Position numbers and translations under genes: made by a program. From Glaucostegus cemiculus (lineage: Eukaryota), in assembly GCA_976551045.1 (NCBI GenBank), contig CDPCPM010000011.1, forward strand, positions 22,382,001-22,446,000: DNA of 64,000 nucleotides, in the 5' to 3' direction. How positions within the stretch are numbered: the stretch's first letter is position 1; each line of letters opens with the position of its first letter. Below, in pieces: positions 57,846 through 64,000 of the stretch. A model generated the notes under the pieces. That model had not been told where the DNA came from. It did no database searches and was given only the letters and a program-made list of their open reading frames with translations.

Positions 57846-59239
57846 TGCCCTAATTATACAAGATAGCTTAATGTGGAGATCACCCTGTGGTTAGCTCACT
57901 TCGTGTCCATTGACTACAGAGAATCCACAGTTCTTAATGTCCCCCTGTATGGGGTAATCACCTGAGACCCTCCTGTGTGGGATACTCACCACAGACCCCT
58001 TCTCTGCAAACACCCTCTTGTGTTAGTGCTCCTTGCTTCTGTTACCTGACTTCATTACACGAACCCAATTTGCAGTTTACATACCGAGACGCCTCAGAGC
58101 ACTGGGTTTATGTTTACATTCCTTTGATAACCCTCAGTCCCGTTTTAACCAGATATTTATCAGCTTCTTAAACCAACCGCTAGCTGACATGCCATTAATC
58201 CTCTGTATGGGCGGATAAATCTACAATAAAACAGAAGATATCTCACCAGCCAGGCAGCCTCTATGAAGAATGAACATTCCAGCTCACTGACCTTTCCTAG
58301 GGCAAGGAAACCGTTCCAGTCTCGGAGAGAGCTAGTGTATTCTACATAATAATTGCTTGCATCATCGATCGGTCCATCGAGCGATATTTCTGGTTATGTT
58401 CCCTTCCCAATCTATGTTCCTCAAGAGAAAAGTGTCTCACTTCTGTCAGAAGTCCTCATCAGAGAGGGTCACACCCAGCCTCGCTGCGTGTCTTCAGCTG
58501 GCGTCCACTGAACCCGTGCAGGGTCAAAGTGTGGCCGCGATATTGCCCGAGTGCAGGTAGCTTCCCAAGATTCAAGTGCGATCTGTCACCTTCCCCCTGA
58601 CTGGCGGAGAGATCGTTTCCAGTGGCTGCAGCCCCAGCATACATTGTCTAATGTGCCTGATGTACAGCTCCAAGGGTGGTGCTTTCACTGTGCACTGTGC
58701 ACGTTGCTACAAATGTAGAAACATGCCTTATTTCCTCTTCTCCCTCACCTTGATAAAGTAGGAAAATTTTTCATTGCACACTTCCTCTGCCTCCCCACCC
58801 AGCCTTCGTACTTTGATGCGGCTGATCAGGCTTTCAGCCCCTTTTCCCCGATACCTCTTGACGATGTTCGACACCAGGCTTTGTTTGTTAACGCTCCTGT
58901 GGAGTACTTTGGGATGGTTTTGCCTCGTGAAAGGCACTGCAGAAACAGAAGTGGTTCTTAATGTCGGTAATGTCAGCCTCACCCTATGTGGTACTGGTTC
59001 AGTCACAAGTCTCCACCACAAGGAAATACTTCAACCAATAATCACTAACTAGCTGAACAAACCTTTCCTTTGGTCAGACTACATGCAAATTTTCCATCCC
59101 AATCTTGACTAATCTCCAAAACAAAACAATTAATAATGCAAATAAGCTGAGTTTTGTTTCCTTGACGTGAGATGCACACACATCCCTTTGACGGTCCAGT
59201 GTTTCCAAGTACATTGACAGCACCCACAGCCCAGCGCAT

Positions 59240-59880
59240 AGATGCAGTCACAAGGAAAGTGTGCCAGTGTCTTTACATCCTTTGCAGGTTAAGGAGGTTC
59301 GGCTTGTCACCAAGTGCTCTAACAAACTTCTACAGATGGACTGTTCAAAGTATCCTGGCTGGTTGCTTAATGATCTGGTACGGCAATTCGAATGCGCAGG
59401 AACGTAAGGAGCTGCAGAGAGTAGTGGACTCAGCCCAATACATCACAGGGACATCCCTCCCCACCATCGTTAGTATCTACAGGAGGCGCTGCCTCAAGAA
59501 GGCAACATCCATCATCAACGATCTCCACCATCCAGGTTATGCCATCTTCTCACAGCTGCCATCGGGCAGGAGGTACAGAAGCCTGAAGTCCCACACCACC
59601 AGGTTCAGGAACAGCTACTTCCCTTCAACCATTCGGTTCTTGAACCAACCACCACAATCCTAATCCCTAGTTTAGCAACACTGTGACCATTTTGATCGCT
59701 TTCCACTAAAATGGGCTTTGTGTTTTTTTGTTCTAAATGTGTTCTTTCTTGTAAAAATTGTATCTAATTTATGTTTTTCTTGTGAACATTCTGTATCTGA
59801 TGCTATGTGCCTGTGATGCTGCTGCAGGTAAGTTTTTCATTGCACTTGTGCACACATGGACTTGTGCAGATGACAATAAA
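59240..59880 (+). mobile_element. Rex1-like LINE 3' fragment
   Basis: RLRRFGLSPSALTNFYRWTVQSIL...LPSGRRYRSLKSHTTRFRNSYFP. Confidence 0.85.
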
Positions 59881-61564
59881 CGACGTCAACTTCACCGTTT
59901 AGGGATATCCAACAGTATGTTGGGGAACTGCTGACAAATCCAATTATAACAGCTCTACAGACAATTTCCTTCTTTTTATCCATTAGAACCATTTGCGCTT
60001 GGCTTGAGTGCTTGTTGGAAAACATCCAATAAGATAGCTGGTTTCCAGGTTCCATCACTGAGCTGGGCTCAGACCTGACAAGGGCCAGGTTGATTTAGCT
60101 ACTGTCACAACATTGATTGAAGGGCAAGCTCACAGAGAACCCAAATGCAGCACACTGGTACAAGACTGGAGTCAGGATACTTCCTCATGACCAAACAGAG
60201 GCAGCAACTGGAAGGAATCTTGCCTCTGAGATCTGAGTAGTAATCCCAACACAAACTGATTCTTCAAGCAGGAATAGAGAACACAGGACTGCTCTGAAGT
60301 AGACCACTCTAAGCAGCTAGGAACCAAAGGTGACCAACCCAGGTACTTATGCTAGGCCCCTGCTGGGGCTCAGGTGTGTGTCATTGTGCAATCAGTTCAG
60401 CATGGAATCCATGTGCTGTACAACAAGGCATCTAAACAGCCAAATCAAGGGCCCTAATTTCATCCCATGCTTTCTGGTGCTGAGGCTGTCCCTCGGTGCT
60501 TGACACCCAATGAAGTACCTTGTGAAGTGTAGGCATGGTTGTCAGGTCAGAATGAGAGAAGATGATTTGTGCACAGCAAGCTCCCATAACCGGCTTTGCG
60601 CTGATGATCAGGTAATTTGCTCAAGTGGTGATTGGTTCAGCAATAACTCTGGGCCAGGTGACGGGGAAAGAACTCGGTCGGTCTTCTTTGAAACGCGCTG
60701 TGGGATCTCTGGGGGCAGGTGGGGCCTCTATTTAACACCTTGCCTGAAAGGCGACATTCCCCCAGTACGTTTAGGCTGGGCTCAGGACACAGGAGCCGAA
60801 CTAGAAGCCACAACCATCTGCCCGGGCCGCAGAAGCGCTCCCCTGAGGACCAACTCTGTGTCTTACCCTGACTGACCTGCCTCCAAATCCACCCTCTCCA
60901 ACTCACGCAACCCACATCACTTTGAAGTCAGAAATGCTCCCGAGGAGGTAAAGAGCCAGCAAGCCCCGGTGTTTGTGAAGGCAGAAGGGGGGATCAGAAA
61001 GAGCTTGTTGCTGTGCAGTCGGGATTGTTCCCTCAGCCAGCCGGAGGGATGAGCTGTAGGTTGTGGCGAGGCTGACCCTCACTGGGCCTGTGAGAAAGAG
61101 CTCCCCCTAGCTTCTCCTTGAACCACAGCAGCCCATGGAAACTCTGATTCCCAGTTCGACTGCTCCACACAGGGAAAGGGGAATTCTCCGGATGAGGAGG
61201 TGGAGGAAGCACCCAGGGTCCCGTTTCTCGGTTCAGCACTGCCCTGGTGCTATAACGGTTCCTGGAGCAAGTTCTCCTCTGCCCCCCAACTCCCCATCCC
61301 CCACTCCTGCTACCAACCCAGCAAAACCCTCAGGAACCAAAGGCGAGTTGAACCCGCACCTCAGACCCCCCCCACCCCCCACTCTGTGGTCTCTGCTTTT
61401 GTACGTCGCAACCACTTGCGTTTCTCGGTGTACTCAGTTTCACTTGAGCAACCTCCCGCAGGATCTGGGTGAGAGGGGAAGAGCAGCAAAGCCACTCCTT
61501 GCCTCCCCCCCCCCACACTTCGCTGCTGGCTGGGACCGAGGGAGACAAGTCCGGTCCAGCTCAC

Positions 61565-61700
61565 CTGCGTGTGCCGTCAGACTGCAGACCCACGGGCGCT
61601 CCTCTTCCCGGCACGCCGTTGCTCAGCTGCCCTCACCCTGGGCATGGTTCCTCCGACCTGCGTACATAGCTGGGCAGCGTTCGAGCTTAGTGCGCTGACT
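61565..61700 (-). other. PIK3CG: Candidate non-coding first exon of PIK3CG (start uncertain)
   Basis: CAG|gtgagc donor at 61565 in a CpG-enriched, repeat-free stretch; mammalian PIK3CG also has a non-coding exon 1. Confidence 0.65.
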
Positions 61701-61724
61701 CGGTGATTAACATCTAGAAGCACA

Positions 61725-61780
61725 GACGCAGAGGAAGTGCTGTTAGCAGGTCTCAGGAAGCGAAAGCAAACCACAGTGAT
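61725..61780 (-). promoter_or_regulatory. Candidate haematopoietic promoter module
   Basis: AGAGGAAGTG 61730-61739 (PU.1), GGAAGCGAAA 61756-61765 (ETS-IRF composite GGAAnnGAAA), AAACCACA 61768-61775 (RUNX). Confidence 0.65.
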
Positions 61781-61884
61781 TCTCAAGGCAGTTACTTGTT
61801 CAGAAACAGCGACACAACAACTGCTCCACCAATGTAACCCAAGGTGCATTCTGGTGTAGGCACAGAACAGTTAGTGTTAGTGAT

Positions 61885-62830
61885 ACTGGTTTATTATTGT
61901 CACATGTACCGAGATACAGTGAAAAGCTTTGTTAGTGTGCCAGCCGGACGGATTGTGCCATTCACAAGTACTTTGAGGTAGTGAAAACAGAATGCAGAAT
62001 ATAGTGTTACAGTTACAGAGAAAGTGCTGTGCGGGTAGGGCCACAGCAAGGTAGATTGGGAGATAAGAGTTCATCCATTGGTGTGTGGGAGGTTGGTTCA
62101 AGAGTCTGGTAACGGCAGGATAGAAGTTGACCTTGGGTCTGGTGGTACATGTTCACAAGCTTTTGTGTCTTCTGCCTGATGGGATTGGGGGGGGGGGGGT
62201 GAAGAGAGTGTAACCGGGGTGGATGGGGTCCTTGATTACGTCGGCTGCTTTCCCGAGGCAGTGGGAAGTGTAGATGGAGTCCATGGAGGGGAGGCTGGTT
62301 TGCGTGATGGACTGGGCTGTGTTCACAACTCTCTGCAATCTCCTGCGGCCTTGGGCAGAGCAGTTGCCGTGCCAAGCTGTGATGAATCTGGAAAGGATGC
62401 TTTCTGTGGTGCATCTGTAAAAATGGGTAAGAGTCATCAGAGACACGTTGAATTTCCTTAGCCCTCTGAGCAAGTAGAGGCACTGGTGCGCTTTCTTGGC
62501 CAGAGAATCTACGTAGCTGAACCAGGACAAGTTTTTGGTGATATTTACACCAGGTACTTGAAGCTCTCAACCATCTCCGGCTCAGCACCATTTGTAGAGA
62601 CAGGGGTGTGTACTCTAACCCATTTCCTGAAGTCAATGACCAGCTCCCTTGTTTAGCTGACATTGAGGGAGAGGCTGTTGTCTTGACACCACACCACTAG
62701 GCTCTCTATCTCCTTCCTGTACTCCGTCTCCTTGTTTGAGATCTGGCCCACTACAGTGGTGTCATCTGCAAACCTGTGAATGGAGTTAGAGCAGAACCTG
62801 GCAGTGTACAGCAGGACCGGGCCTGGCAGC
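61885..62830 (-). mobile_element. Rex1-like LINE, about 0.95 kb
   Basis: IHRFADDTTVVGQIS...WCQDNSLSLNVS; KKAHQCLYLLRGLRKF. Confidence 0.88.
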
Positions 62831-63689
62831 TCCTCTTGTGGCGTCTTATTAAAGAGACTCATCGAGCTGAGTATTAATCTGCAGCGTTGAAGGTTGGGGC
62901 GGGATTATAACCTGCAAATTTCCCAGAGAGTTCAATAAACTGGTTCCGATCACATTTTAGGAGGGTCATTTTATCATCTAAAGCTAATGTTAATTGTCAC
63001 CTGGGCTGATTATTGACATCCTGTTGTCTACTCCAATGAAAATTAAAAATAACTGCAGATGCTGGAAATCTGAAAGAAGGGAAACTGTTGGAAACACTCA
63101 GCAGGTCAGACAGCATCTGTGGAGAGAGAAACTGAGCCATTGTTTCAGGTCAAAGACACTCCATCAGTCCTGGGAAAGGGACAACACAAGTTAGTGTTAC
63201 TTTGCTGAAACCGTCCGGCATTCCCTGTGGTCTACACGTTCCCCAGAATTTTCCAAGGTGAGACCACAGTGACAGTGTGGGGAATTGATGTGTGAGTGGG
63301 ATACAGTAAGTACACATTGCTCCCAGCTGCTTCACTGAAAGGGCTGGTGCTGAGGGGGAACACCACGCACTTGGTATCACTCAGGTTGTCCTATCGAATC
63401 AGCACAAGCGCCGCTTCACCCTGTGCCTCAAGGGATGGAGGCAGCAGCCAGTTGGGTTGGCAGTGGATGGAGGGCCAAGGCCAATTATCTCCGCCTCTCC
63501 CTGGTGCTGAGTCCAACAGGGAGGGAAAGTGGAGCTTGATGCGGCCATCTGAAAGGTGAAGACCAGGTGTCGGACATGAGTGACCGGCAGGATGTGGCCT
63601 GGGGATGAGGTTGGGTGTTGCAAGTGGATGGACAGGCAAGGCCTGTACTGGCTGGAGTCCAGAGGGGTGAGGGGCAATCTCATTGAAGT

Positions 63690-64000
63690 CTACTGATTAT
63701 TGAAAGGCCTGGATAGAGTGGACGTGCAGATGTCTCCATCAGGAGTGGAGTCTGGGACCAGAGGGCACAGCCTCAGAATAGAACCATGTCCCCTTAGAAC
63801 AGAGATGAGGAGGAATTTCTTTAGCCAGAGGGCGGTGAATCTGTGGAATTGATTGCCACGGAGGGCTGTGGATGCCAAGTCATTGGGTATATTTAAAGCA
63901 GAGGTCAATAGGTTATTGATTAGTAAGGGTGTCAAAGGTTACAGGGAGAAGGCAGGAGAACGGGGAGAACCATGAATCAGCATGGTTGAATGGTAGAGCA
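63690..64000 (+). mobile_element. CR1-like LINE 3' end
   Basis: TRGHSLRI...EMRRNFFSQRAVNLWN. Confidence 0.85.

Overview
Vertebrate genomic DNA, most likely from a cartilaginous fish (probably a ray), inferred from the HE1-like V-SINEs, CR1/HER1-like, Rex1-like and Penelope-like repeats. Two protein-coding genes lie in tandem on the minus strand. (1) A complete class IB PI3-kinase catalytic subunit gene (PIK3CG/p110gamma or a close paralogue): 10 coding exons at 54166-23788 with GT-AG boundaries and continuous phase, 3333 nt, 1110 aa. It has a candidate non-coding first exon near 61.6 kb behind a PU.1/EICE/RUNX motif cluster. (2) The 5' part of an unidentified gene with small exons. It starts in a CpG island at about 19.55-19.87 kb (four RFX X-box-like sites, GABPA, NRF1, ZNF143 motifs) and runs off the left edge. 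Introns are repeat-dense. Notable local structures: a young L1 with a 10-bp target-site duplication next to the PIK3CG exon 6 acceptor, a 171-bp fold-back inverted duplication, a terminator-less tRNA-Ala(AGC) 10 nt upstream of a SINE, a 2.1-kb strand-asymmetric C-rich satellite, one SINE head carrying two different LINE tails, and a decayed two-gene Harbinger transposon. I found no clear new multi-gene system. Family names and human residue comparisons are from memory, not searches; repeat boundaries are approximate.
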